Shown piece by piece: positions 34,954-47,914 of a stretch of 64,000 bases of DNA; positions within the stretch are counted from its first letter, which is position 1, and every line of letters starts with the position of its first letter. The position numbers and the translations under genes are program-made. The stretch comes from Octopus sinensis (lineage: Eukaryota): NCBI RefSeq assembly GCF_006345805.1, contig NC_043002.1, positions 59,644,001 to 59,708,000 on the forward strand, written 5' to 3'. The notes below the pieces were generated by a model. It was not told where the DNA came from, did no database searches, and saw nothing but the letters and a program-made list of their open reading frames with translations.

Positions 34954-35784
34954 CATATATATATATATATATATATATATCATAAGTCTGTATGTATACG
35001 TTGACGTTAGTTATACATGAAAATACTTTATTGTAAACAGGAAGAACGAAGCTATCGCAAACCAAATATATTAATAAATGCAAAATAAATAAATAGATAA
35101 ATAAACTGATATATCGGACGCTGAAAAATTTATATATATTTTATTCCGAGTTTCTCCTCTTCCTGTTCCTTGAAACTGATGAGAAGTAAAGGGGTAGAAA
35201 CATCGGCGTCTGGATAGCGATTAATCTACCGGGCTGTCACACAGAATGGACTGTGTTAACAGCTAGCGAGGCTTTTTAAGTCGTTCACAAATATTTAGTC
35301 AACGCATTCAGGTTTATAAAATTTCGCTCTAAAGTTTACTTTTCCTCTAAGAATAAAATCGTTTATTTTCATTAGGTTTTCAGAAATCCTAATTTGAATT
35401 TCAGATTTGGAAACTTATTTGAAATTTTTTAATGCATTTTTGACATGTGTAAATAAAGTTTCCCTCCTCACTCAACACAGTCCTCCGTATAAATTTCTAT
35501 CTCTGTTTCCTTTAATAGCGCTCCTTAACACATTATTGCGTTGTCCCACAGAGTTTCGACAAAATAACAATGCTTTTCCGCATTGCAGAAATTTGCAATG
35601 TATTTAGTGAAAATTGAGAGAGAAATTTTTATCTATAAACTTTAATTTAAATTCATTGAAAAATTCCGATAAATCATTAAGTAAAATTATTTCTGCAAAT
35701 GCACTTTAACCTCTTTAATAATACTCTGACACACACACACACACACACACTACACACACACACACACACACACCACACACACAC

Positions 35785-35818
<34 letters not shown>

Positions 35819-35938
35819 CAGACGCACGTACAGAACACCTCTCACCACAGCTACAATCGTACAACCGCCCGGCCATTTATATATATATATATATATATAT
35901 ATAAATATATTTTCGAGACAAAACCACTATTTTGCAAA

Positions 35939-35989
<51 letters not shown>

Positions 35990-36660
35990 ATATATTAATA
36001 TATATATATATATATATACATATATGTATGTATATACGTATATGTATATACATATATATATGTTATATATGTTTAAATATATTATATACATATAGACATA
36101 TTTACACATGTATGTATATACATATATACATCCACATATTGTTTTGTGTATGTATATAGTGTATACACACACACACATATACATATATGTGTTATATATA
36201 TATATATATATATAATATACGTGTATCTCACTGTAAGCATGTGTCTTTATGCGTGTGTCTATGTATATGTATGTGTACGTGCATGAGTGTGCGTGTGTAT
36301 TTGTATGTGTATGTGTGTGTGTAAGATAAGAACGATTCTTTAATTTCCGTTCCACTTTTTATTTAATATATAAGTATTCATAGTTGTATGCAATTTAATT
36401 CATTTTGAATTTCTTATTGAGCAAGTTCGTGATTAATGCCTCGTTTTTTTGTTTGTTTGTTTTGTAGTTGAATTAAGATGTGTACGTAGACCCATCCGTG
36501 TGTGTACCGTATGCATATACATACTCGCATAATACATATAAACATACACACATGCATACATTCATATTATATATATATATATATATATACTATATATATA
36601 TATATATATATATAGTATATATATATATATATGTATATATGATGTATATATATATGTATA

Positions 36661-36692
<32 letters not shown>

Positions 36693-36924
36693 CATTATAT
36701 ATATATATGTTGTATATTGTATATATACATTACACATACAAAACATATACAAATATTTATATAATTATATTTTAACTTCCATACATATAAATACACATGT
36801 ATATGTATAAACGTATAGTATTGTATTCTACTATATACACACACTTCACACACATACATATGTATATATGTATGTATAATATATATATATATATTATATA
36901 TATATATATACATACATACATATA

Positions 36925-37015
<91 letters not shown>

Positions 37016-37284
37016 CATTACATACATACACGCTAAAAAGCACATATGTATATTGCTTTGCAGGGGGCCTCTCTTCGTCAGCTCTCAACTGCAATGATTC
37101 AGAAACATTCTGGTGCAATACGTATATACATTCGCCCACATCCACTCATTCTCATACATATATTCATACTTAGATGTGTTTATGGATATAGGTGACCAGG
37201 CAGGTGTGGCTTCACTATTTCATAAATGGCTTTATGTGTAGGCTTACTCGTTTTATAACGCATATAACTATAGAAAGACACACG

Positions 37285-37317
<33 letters not shown>

Positions 37318-37319
37318 TT

Positions 37320-37492
37320 TTATCACTAAACGCATTTTTTTCTCTCCTTGTTATTTTTTCTGTGTCCCTTTCTGTAGAAGAGCGTAGGCTCGAAATGTAA
37401 AAGACTTTTTCTATTCCTGAGCGTTATACTAATACATCTGTTTGTTTTGTACACCACCCGTCTTCTGCTTTTGTTTTTATCGTAAACTCTCC

Positions 37493-37495
<3 letters not shown>
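37320..37495 (+). mobile_element. pLTR-like repeat family B2-HHR with degenerate hammerhead at 37364-37405
   Basis: CUUU-CUGUAGA-A-GAGC(GUAG)GCUC-GAA-AUGU-A/AAAG; between (TA)n and (TC)n(TA)n. Confidence 0.7.
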
Positions 37496-37538
<43 letters not shown>

Positions 37539-37540
<2 letters not shown>

Positions 37541-37580
37541 TAGCATTAAAGACCCGTTGTTGCCGGGTCATAGTGCTAGT
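37539..37580. mobile_element. Palindromic Helitron/Helentron-like terminus
   Basis: ACTAGCA-ttaaa-GACCCG-ttgttgc-CGGGTC-atag-TGCTAGT; CTAG at both ends, abutting (TA)n. Confidence 0.6.
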
Positions 37581-38964
37581 GCATGTATATATGTGTATAT
37601 ATATGTGTACATATTACATGTACATCTATATATATACATCTACACATAAAATGCAAATTACAAAGTTATATCTTGATATCGCTAGTGATAGCAATACTCA
37701 AATTATATAACAGATTGGAATTGTTAGCTCTTCTTTTTTCTCTACATTGTATACTTTATAGACAATAGTCTTTTCTTTAATTTAATTTTGTATTATCCAT
37801 CTGGATTATTTCTATTTCTGCACGCTAATTTTATTTTTAATTTATTAATTTATTCCCATTCATGTGAAACCACTTATTCAAGTTCAAATCATTGATGCAA
37901 TTTTATACCAATTGCTATTTTTACTTTTGAATGTTACGATTATATTATACTTTAGTTTGATTGTAATTATTACTTACTACATATAATTCAATTGTTATTA
38001 TTATTTTTATTGTTAAATTGAAAACATCAGACATAAAATAGAGAAATATTTTTGTTTCACTTTCAACACGTAATGCTCAGTTTCGTTTCCGCCCTCTCTT
38101 CGTCCCCTTGTCTCCAGCGTAGGCGAATATTTGCGACTGCTTTCCATTTCAGGATACCCTGATCTATTACTATAGGTTAATGCCCGATATACATAACGTC
38201 GCTTTATCTATGTAGCTAAATATATATACCCTTCCACACGGATACACACACACAAACGAGCACGCGCAAACTCACATACAAATTTTCTTAGAAAGAATTG
38301 TTGACGCTGAACTAATATTTCTAGAAAGATTGGCAAATTTTCTTATATACGACACTTTTAAAGTGCAACAAAAAACAAACAACCTTCTAGAAAGATGTTT
38401 GATTATTTTGTGAACCGTCACATTACAGCTTTTCGAACGCACGTAGTACGTATTGAGGAAGCATTTCTTTTTGCAGCAGTGTTGAATGTTTTTTGCTTCA
38501 AGTTTTACTTTCATGATTTGAAATCTTATAAAGTATTGTTTTTATTTAAAAAAAAAGGAAATATTTTGGACTCTCGTTTTTCGCAAATGTCTGGATATTC
38601 GCCACATGGAACATTTTAAAGGGCTGATTATTTGAATTTCTTGCTTACGTACCCTGACACATTTTGTTATGAATTTTCATTTTGTTTGGCCGAAACAATT
38701 CTTACCATACAATGGAAATGTGATGCCAAATATGATATTTTTTATCGTTTTGTTACAAGATTTCTTGCTGATAGAGAAAGAACGGTTTCTAACCTAGATT
38801 CGAGTTTCCTTCATAACAATTTCATCAACAACAGGCTTTTTGTATGTCTGTATGTATGAATGAATGCTTGTACATATGTTTCTATGTATGTAGATCTTTA
38901 CCTTTTGTTTTATGTATGTATACACATGCAGAGAGTTGCATATGTACACATGCTCATATTTTTC

Positions 38965-39200
38965 TTAAGTGATAAACTTCTGGAAACTTCCACAGATTTT
39001 TATAGTTCCAGTGATGGATTGGATCTATAGTCTTCGAATTAGTTTTCACTTTTCTGGTTTTGAGAAGACTAATTTCTCAAGATTGGTATATAGGGAGTGT
39101 GTTGCATATTTCAGGGCCCCAACAAATACAGGTATAAACCTGAACTTGTAATCTGGGTGGAGTAACTGCAGAATTTTCAGTAGTTCAGCAGAGGTGTTAT
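38965..39200 (-). mobile_element. R4/Dong-type LINE extreme 3' coding fragment
   Basis: NTSAELLKILQLLHPDYKFRFIPVFVGALKY...IQSITGTIKIC; nucleotide-similar to 13790-14000. Confidence 0.8.
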
Positions 39201-40366
39201 GTATGTATGTATGTATATATGTATGTATGTATGTATGTGTGTATGTATGTATGTATTATATAATGCATGCATACTCATGGTTGTGGCCGTCAGCTTCGCC
39301 TTACTGGGGAAAATAGAGCGGTTGGTTTCTGTTAATTTGGCCGCCCATCCACCAGAAGCAATACATGTGATTGTAATCCGGAGAATTCGGAGGCCAGTAA
39401 TCAAAGCTGGTAATATCGTAGAAATCCTCCGTCTACCACTTCTGAGAGTTTCTGAGAGTGTGCTAAGGGGCCAAATCTTGTTACAGATAGGGCCTTCCAG
39501 CAACCATCCTCTCTAGACAGGGTTTGGTCATTCTCCAGCAGCTTCACACAGCCGCCTGAATGGAGTTTAAGACGCATTCAGAACTTTTGTGTCCCTTCAT
39601 AATGGGCACGGCTTTGTAATCTCCGTTGCATTTCTCAATACCACGTATTACAACGTTTACAATGTTCACAGAGCATTGACCAGCAGTCACGATATCGACA
39701 TCTTAATACCCGGCGTTTTCTCAACTACATTTATGCTCTCCAACGCCGTTGACTGCTCACCAATACAACAAACTGTTCCCGAAACAGTAAATATGAAATC
39801 GTTAAATTTAGCCCGTACATCCTGTATACCTCTATACAAAGTCGGGTGGAGCCAAGCGTTTATGCTTATCAAAATATAGGAAATGGTGTTGAGATAAAGT
39901 TAAAATATACAGAGTACAATTAAGCTATCTGTATGCTGAATTACAATTCGAATAAACGAACCTACTTGAAATTGGGAATCCTGGGATATTGAAAAATAGT
40001 TTTATACACTAATGTATGCGAATATTTCCTCTGTAGAAGTTAATTTGTACTCTCTGAATCAGCGAACGCTAAAGGAATTCGTAGAGAAATATACTATGAA
40101 CGGAATTTCAGAAAGATGTAATGCAGGTGGAAGATGCACAACTAAATCTAAAAGTAAATAAATAATAATGAAAATTGCTACATTTAAATTAAGGAAGTTT
40201 TCGATGGCATATTTTATTCCATTTGATTTTATTTTCATTTCCTACTGAAGTACAGTTCATTCTGAGAAATGCGGATTCTAATTTTTCTAAAAAATAATTT
40301 AAAATTTTCATAAAATACATATATATATTTGCTTCCTTTATACCATTGAATTTCATTAGGCTTTGG

Positions 40367-40410
<44 letters not shown>

Positions 40411-40506
40411 CGGAGTAAGCACATAAATGCGAAGCAAGTGGGTTCTCAAATACCACAGGTAAAGTAATATGCTTAATGAAAAGCAGCAGAAGTTTCATAT
40501 ATATAT

Positions 40507-40538
<32 letters not shown>

Positions 40539-40542
40539 ATAT

Positions 40543-40646
40543 ATCACAATCAAGGAACGCCATATAGGCCATTCACCCACTAGAAATAACAGCCAAAGCT
40601 TCAACCGCAGTGGGTGAAGGCCTTTATGCCGTTCCTTGATTGTGAT
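40543..40646. other. 104-bp fold-back (39/38-bp arms), MITE-like
   Basis: atcacaatcaaggaacgccatataggccattcacccact (40543-40581) pairs with agtgggtgaaggcctttatgccgttccttgattgtgat (40609-40646); 27-nt loop; adjacent to (TA)n. Confidence 0.85.
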
Positions 40647-40752
40647 GTTGAACTTATAAATGGTCTATGACTATTTAATTTTTTCCCACTAGGCCGCTGG
40701 TGGCAAAAAAGTTCTACAAATTTTTTTTGCCACCCTATATTATTAATTATGA

Positions 40753-40784
<32 letters not shown>

Positions 40785-40799
40785 CATATATATATATAT

Positions 40800-40831
<32 letters not shown>

Positions 40832-40839
40832 ATAATGTA

Positions 40840-40925
40840 TGGCTCAGTGGTTAGAGCGTAGAACTTACAATCGCGAGCTTGTGAGTTCCTTTCCCGGACC
40901 GGGCTGCGCGATGTGATCTTGAGCA
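40840..40925 (+). mobile_element. SINE family B head fragment
   Basis: ggctcagtggttagagcgtag...gtgagttcctttcccggaccggg...gatcttgagca. Confidence 0.7.
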
Positions 40926-41000
40926 TATTTTGAAGAGAATTTAAGTTAACAGGTTTTGGGGTCTGCTGACACGTCATAAGGCTCGGCCCTGTATATATAT

Positions 41001-41441
41001 AGGCGCAAGTGTGAGTGTGCGATAGGCGCTTGTTTTCCAACCACATGGCTCTGAGTTCAGTCCCTCTGCGTTGCACTTTGGGCTAGTTTCTTCTGCTATA
41101 GCCTAGGGCCGAATAAAAGCCTCGCGAGTGGATTTGATAAACAGAAACTGAAATATGCAGTCGAATATATGTGTATGCTTGTTTGTGTGTATGTCTGTGT
41201 GTGTATCTGCGTTCGTGTGTGTGTGTGTGTGTGTTTTGTTTGTGTGTGAGCGTTTGTCTCACGGCCATCGCTTGACAACCGATGCTGCTGTGCTTATGTA
41301 CCCGTAACTTAGCGGTCAGCAAAAGTGACCGATAGAATAAGTACAAGGCTTGCAAAGAATAAGTCCCGGAGTCGATTTATTCGTCTGAAAAGGCGGTTCA
41401 TCCAGCATGGCCGCAGTCAAACAAGTAAAAGAATTAAAAGG
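41001..41441 (+). mobile_element. SINE family A, full length
   Basis: aggcgca...ttcagtccctctgcgttgcactttgggc...gataga ataagtac...ggccgcagtcaaacaagtaaaag. Confidence 0.9.
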
Positions 41442-42764
41442 ATATATGTCGAAACGAAAATGGTTCTAAATGTATCGATATCTAGAGTTCAGGGCTTCAA
41501 TATCGCACTTTTTGCTTCCATGATTATTAGCAAATAAACCTTCATAGATTAGATCGGTCTCACCGTACTATCGTTGCTGAAACGCTTGGCAGCCTGTACA
41601 ACAAATGATTCTCCAGTGTTTAGACAGAAATTGTATATCAGCGATCAATAGAAATACGTACGAAATAAAGCCATTATATTTTCTCTCTGTACACCACGAA
41701 ATGAATTTTCCTAGTATTCGGCATTGAAGTTTTAACTGATGTCTGTCTGGAGTTGAAAAAGTAAGTACCCCTATTACACCTCGATTCGATTCTATTTACT
41801 GTTTCGCGTCAGGCACAAAAATTGGCGGTACACAGTATGAAAAGAAATGGCAATAAAAATTGCAAAAGAATGGCAAGGTATAACCTTTGGAAATAACTTA
41901 AAATTTTTTATTGAAACTAAAACCAGATTAGAAGAGAACAGCAAAAACAATCCAACACTTTATAAAGGAAGAAGCAAATGTATTGATGTTTACATATATA
42001 TATATATATATACGCGCACACGTGTGTATATATATGTATTTATGTATATTATATATTATAAATTTGGATTTATTCCCTAATATTTATTATATGTATATAT
42101 ATATACATATGTTATATATATATATATGTATATATGTATATATTTATACACACGCACATATATATATATTATATATATATACATACATTATATATATATA
42201 TATATTAAATAATATATATATATATATAGATATACATATATATGAATAAATACGCACACACGTGTATATTATGTATGTAAATATATCTGTGCGTGGTAAA
42301 AAAGAACCAAAATAAAATTTTCTAGCATTAAATAGAACGCTGGGATATTGTAGAGTCACCATCGCCTCCTGCGACCCCTTTCTTTCTTCATTTATTTCTT
42401 TTTTTCATTCCTTCCTACTTTCTTTCTTTCTTAAGAAAAAAAATAAATGATGTGTATTATAAATGTCAGAGATGATTTGTAAATGGGAGCGAGAATATGA
42501 TTTATCACAGAAGTCATCATAATGCTCGACGCTTTAAACGAATTTACCTAATAACAACGAAGTCTCTATAAAATTATGTTATATACTCTCGCTGCGATCA
42601 AACTAAAGAGAAACAGACAGCAGCCATATTGAAAGCATTGCGGCGAAATATTTTATTTCGATCCTACATAGGTAACACATTTGACACACATTTAAACACG
42701 TGGACATATACACTTACAAAACCGTGGGTGTGTCTCTGTATGTATATATGTAGCACACACACCA

Positions 42765-42820
<56 letters not shown>

Positions 42821-42834
42821 ATATAAATATATAT

Positions 42835-43643
42835 TATCATTATATATATATATCAAGGGTAAACGAGTACGTATACAAGTCCCCTAAATGCTAGAAGATG
42901 CCAATGTCTAAAAGCTGTTTCAGTCATTCGAGTGCGGCCTTGCTGGAGCACAGCGTTTAGTCGATCAAATCGACCCCATGACGTATTCTCTGCAAGCCTA
43001 GTACTTATTCTATCGGTCGTTTTTGCCGAACCAGTAAGTTACGGGGACGTAAACACACCAGCATCGGTTGTCTAGCGATGTTGGGAGGACAAACATAGAT
43101 TCACAAACAATTACACACGCATACACACACACACATATATATATACGAAGGGATTCTTCAGTTTCTATCTACCAAATTCACTCACAAAGCTTTGGTCGGG
43201 CCGAGGCTTAAAGTGGAAGATACTGCCCAAGGTGCCTTTTATGTCTTACTAGTTTTAATTATTCGACTCCGACCATCAGGAGTTTTTAGCCGGTGGAAAC
43301 GATTCCAGTCTATTTTTTAAAGCCAGTTACTCACTCTATCAAATCCTAGTGCTTCTAGAACTTCTATATATGGGGACGTAGCAGACAAAGACGATTGTCA
43401 GACGGTAGTGGGGACAACTCAAACATAAAGACACACACACACTCGCTCGCACGCACGCACAACACACATACACTATGTACATATATACAAATGTGGAATA
43501 AATGCAATTAAAGTTGATAAAATTAGCGGACGGACGAAGGGCAAACAAAGATTAGAAACAAGTCTCTGGACATAGATATATATATATATATATAAATATT
43601 TATATATGTATTTTTTCACACACACACATATATATATATATAT

Positions 43644-43674
<31 letters not shown>

Positions 43675-43914
43675 CTCAATCCAAACATGAACAAGTAAGA
43701 AAAAGCAACACCGCGAGGACGTGGAATCAGTACAGTGTTATTGGACGCCCAGGAAAGGAAAGAAAAGAAAGAATTCACGTTCGAGCGGAGCTCTTCGTAA
43801 GAAATGTAGAAAAAGTCCAAAAAGAAGGAAGACGGAGAAAGAAAATCGCTAAATATACACACATGGGAGCATATTGAAAAAAATCAAATAATATATAAAT
43901 CAATATTAAATCAA

Positions 43915-43954
<40 letters not shown>

Positions 43955-43979
43955 ATATTATATATATATATATATATAG

Positions 43980-44068
<89 letters not shown>

Positions 44069-44801
44069 TTTATATATATATATCAAGGTAAACGAGTACG
44101 TATACAATCCCCTAAATGCTAGAAGATGCCAATGTCTAAAAGCTGTTTCAGTCATTCGAGTGCGGCCTTGCTGGAGCACACGGTTTAGTCGATCAAATCG
44201 ACCCCATGACGTATTCTCTGCAAGCCTAGTACTTATTCTATCGGTCGTTTTTGCCGAACCAGTAAGTTACGGGGACGTAAACACACCAGCATCGGTTGTC
44301 TAGCGATGTTGGGAGGACAAACATAGATTCACAAACAATTACACACGCATACACACACACACATATATATATACGAAGGGATTCTTCCAGTTTCTATCTA
44401 CCAAATTCACTCACAAAGCTTTGGTCGGGCCGAGGCTAAAGTGGAAGATACTTGCCCAAGGTGCCTTTTTATGTCTTACTAGTTTTAATTATTCGACTCC
44501 GACCATCAGGAGTTTTTAGCCGGTGGAAACGATTCCAGTCTATTTTTTAAAGCCAGTTACTCACTCTATCAAATCCTAGTGCTTCTAGAACTTCTATATT
44601 ATGGGGACGTAGCAGACCAAAGACGATTGTCAGACGGTAGTGGGGACAAACTCAAACATAAAGACACACACACACTCGCTCGCACGCACGCACAAACACA
44701 CATACACATATGTACATATATACAAATGTGGAATAAATGCAATTAAAGTTGATAAAATTAGCGGACGGACGAAGGGCAACAACGATTAGAAACAAGTCTC
44801 T

Positions 44802-44842
<41 letters not shown>

Positions 44843-45137
44843 GTATTTTTTCACACACACACCTATATATATTATATAATTATATATATAATATATATAT
44901 ATGTACTCATCCAAACATGAACAAGTAAGAAAAAGCAACACCGCGAGGACGTGGAATCAGTACAGTGTTATTGGACGCCCAGGAAAGGAAAGAAAAGAAA
45001 GAATTCACGTTTCGAGCGGAGCTCTTCGTAAGAAATGTAGAAAAAGTCCAAAGAAGGGAACGAGAAAGAATCGCTAAATATACACACATGGGAGCATATT
45101 GAAAAAAATCAATATATATATAAATCAATATATAAAT

Positions 45138-45209
<72 letters not shown>

Positions 45210-45215
45210 CATACA
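42835..45215. repeat. Near-identical ~1.2-kb tandem duplication (42835-44064 / 44065-45215)
   Basis: Both copies contain a minus-strand SINE A piece and a family B-HHR repeat; differences are mainly 1-bp indels. Confidence 0.95.
43771..43806 (-). ncRNA. Decayed family B-HHR motif (duplicate at 45001-45037)
   Basis: CUUACGA-A-GAGC(UCC)GCUC-GAA(A)CGUG: G5U change and a non-cleavable GUG triplet. Confidence 0.5.
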
Positions 45216-45654
45216 CACATATACAAATTGTGTGTACGCAATGTTGGACAATGAAAATGAGTGCTCAGCACCGCAGTAGTGAATAACGATTCAGTATTTG
45301 TGTATTAAGGCTACCATTGGTTTCACGTTAATTAATACATCAACAATTATGAAACCTATCACATTGCCACATCGGTGTTCGTATATGTTTCAATCATTTG
45401 ACTGTGGTCATGCCACCAGTTCGGGGCTCCGCCCTGAAGGGTTTCGTTGAACAAATCGATTCCAATAGTTACTTTTACATTTGGTAATTATCCCATATTT
45501 TCTGTTTTGTCGAGCCGTTAACCGGTAAGTCATTGGGATGCAAACAAACCAACACAGGTTGGCAATCCTTGGTAGAGAAAAACACAAAACACAGGCGCAC
45601 AGATATACAGAATAGTTTTCTTATTTCTTTACTACCTACAATGGGCTCCAAACA

Positions 45655-46038
45655 GAAGGGACAGAGAAGGACAGACAAACGGATTAAGTCGATTTTATCG
45701 ACCCCAGTGCGTAAATGGTACTTATTGAATTGACCCCGAAAAGATGAAAGGCAAAGACGACCTCGGTGGAATTTGAACTCAGAACGTAGTGGCAGACCAA
45801 ATACCTATTTTTTTACTACCCACAAGGAGCTAAACACAGAGGACAAACAAGGACAGACAAACGGATTAAGTCGATTGTATCGATCCCAGTGTCTAACTGG
45901 TACTTATTTAATTGACCCCGAAAGGATGAAAGGCAAAGTCGACCTCGGCAGAATTTGAACTCAGAACCTAACGGCAGACGAAATACGGTTACGCATTTCG
46001 CCCGTCGTGCTAACGTTTCTGCCAGCTCGTCGCCTTTA
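45655..46038 (-). mobile_element. SINE family C, full copy plus tandem partial copy
   Basis: Head aaggcgacgagctggcagaaacgttagcacgacgggcgaaatg...gagttcaaattctgccgagg; body duplicated at 45655-45810. Confidence 0.9.
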
Positions 46039-46039
46039 G

Positions 46040-46205
46040 AATAGGCTTCTTTCAGTTTCCATTAACCAAATATACTCCCAAGGTATAAGTCGGCCGGAGG
46101 CAATAGTAAAAGATATATGCCCAATGTTCCACGCAGGATGACGGGACTGAACTCAAAACCACATGGTTGGGAATCATCCTTCTTACCCACGCAACCACAG
46201 CTGAT
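46040..46205 (-). mobile_element. SINE family A 5' half (diverged)
   Basis: ggcttctttcagtttcc...ggactgaactcaaaaccacatggttggg...cttacccacgcaaccacagc. Confidence 0.75.
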
Positions 46206-46820
46206 GTGTTAATATACATAAAAACACCCATATATGTATATATCTATATATGTGTGTGTGTGTGTGTATGTGTGTGTGCGTGTATGTGTGTGTGTGTTTA
46301 AGTATATATAGAGATACGTACAAAATACGTATGTATGTATGGATGTATGTATCTGCGTTTGCGTTCCTGGCGTATATCCAATAATGTTAATATAAATGTA
46401 ATTATTAATGCATGATTTCTAATTAAGTGACTTATTATCAACATCAACAGTTGTCTGCTTGAAATATGTTGGCTTCTTATTGTGTTCGATAATTAAATTT
46501 AATTAGACTGAAATTATATTCATTTATTTTGTTAGTTTGTCTAATTGTTTCGCAATCCATTTTATCGAATCTTGTGTAAGATATTCCAGATTCACGCAAT
46601 AAACTTAGCTTTTTTCTTATTTTTTTAACACTTTGCCTACCACGTCTGTTACAGGGGACACCTGCGGCTTCAGAATGAATACGATACTTGTTCCGTACTG
46701 CGGGAGTCACCAGTTTAGCCATTGCTATAAATGCTAATAATCAATGCTGTAGTTTATGTAGTAACTGAACGTCTATCTATATATATATAGTATATTATAT
46801 ATATATATATATATTATATA

Positions 46821-46905
46821 TACTTTATTTTAAGCAGCAGAAAATTCAACAAAATCTGTTACTCTGAGTTTCTCGTTGCCGTTCATCACAGTTTTTGCTA
46901 GAATG
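46821..46905 (-). mobile_element. Family C-HHR half element with decayed hammerhead
   Basis: ctttattttaagcagcagaaaattcaac...actctgagtttctcgttgccgttcatcacag matches the left arm of the 48449 fold-back; minus strand CUGU-GAUGA-ACG(GCAA)CGA-GAAACUCAGAGUA/ACAG. Confidence 0.75.
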
Positions 46906-47914
46906 GGAACATATATATAAATTCAATCTATACTCTTACAAACGCTACACCTTTAAAAGAAATGGACTTGTTGTGGATTGGCCTTTAGAAAAAACGGTCA
47001 ATCTTCGAGCGATAAACAAAAAGGTCAAAAATTATGTATATATATATAAAAAAAACTTATAAAAATTATAAAATCCGAGGAAAAAACCTATTGCCGTTAA
47101 TGAAGACAGTACAAATTAATGCATAGAAGTTAAACCTGTTATAAATACTGCAATACATATTTATATTAAAATCCACATATATATATATCAACATACACAA
47201 AAGGATGCGCGTAAACGCCATACATACATATAGAGACGTATGAATATGAATCTAAATTATACACATAAAAGCATGTGTACATATATCCACGCAAACCGTC
47301 TCGCACGCAAGCTAAAATTCATCTATGTAGCAATTCTCATATACTGAGCAAGGAGGGGGAACGAAAGAAAGGGAAAGAGAGAAAAAGGACGAAAGAGGGG
47401 TGGGGGGGTTTGAAACTTGTAGCGATGTTATTGGCATCTATAGAGGCAGTATACATACAAAGTTTGAATTGATACATATCATACCGTCGTGTGTATGCGT
47501 GCTTAAGCCAAGCATACTTTCACTTACACATACACAGATACGCATGGCTTACAAATACATATGCTTTGCTATACACAAACTTATATAAACATTCTAAATT
47601 TGACAACATTGCTTTTTTAAAAAAACATTGCTTTTAAAAAATGGGTGCATTAATAAAAATATATACGAAAGACATATAAAATAAAATATACCATTCCTAT
47701 TTTGGGTCATTTATAAATAATCAAGGTAATATAATAATCAAGGTAATCTTATGCAATTAATAACATGAAAAACAAAGTTTGTAGGTTTTTCCTAATATAT
47801 ATGTAGAAACAATAAGACTTTGCTATAGGTCCGTCGTAGCGCTCAAGAGTCAAAATCAAAATCAAAAAAATCAAAATACAAATATATACTCTATCCATAT
47901 GGTATATTTATATT

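Noticed and set aside
35170-35215. CUGAUGA...GAAAC...GUC string
   Set aside because: No stem II or stem I complementarity.
37055-37120. CUGACGA-A-GAG on - as an HHR; alternatively a plus-strand exon (ttgctttgcag|GGGGCC...)
   Set aside because: GAAA is replaced by CAAA with no stem I or III. The plus-strand exon reading (like those at ~1902-1944, ~10663-10712 and ~24097-24155) has no support beyond splice-like motifs and conflicts with the minus-strand chain.
38270-38620. Possible Tc1 transposase C-terminal relic
   Set aside because: Only vague similarity; no DDE motif or TIRs identified.
47812-47852. Degenerate HHR downstream of the Penelope ORF (CUCUUGA-GC-GCUA..UAGC-AAAGUC on -)
   Set aside because: Position is suggestive, but three or more core positions differ and stem I is absent.
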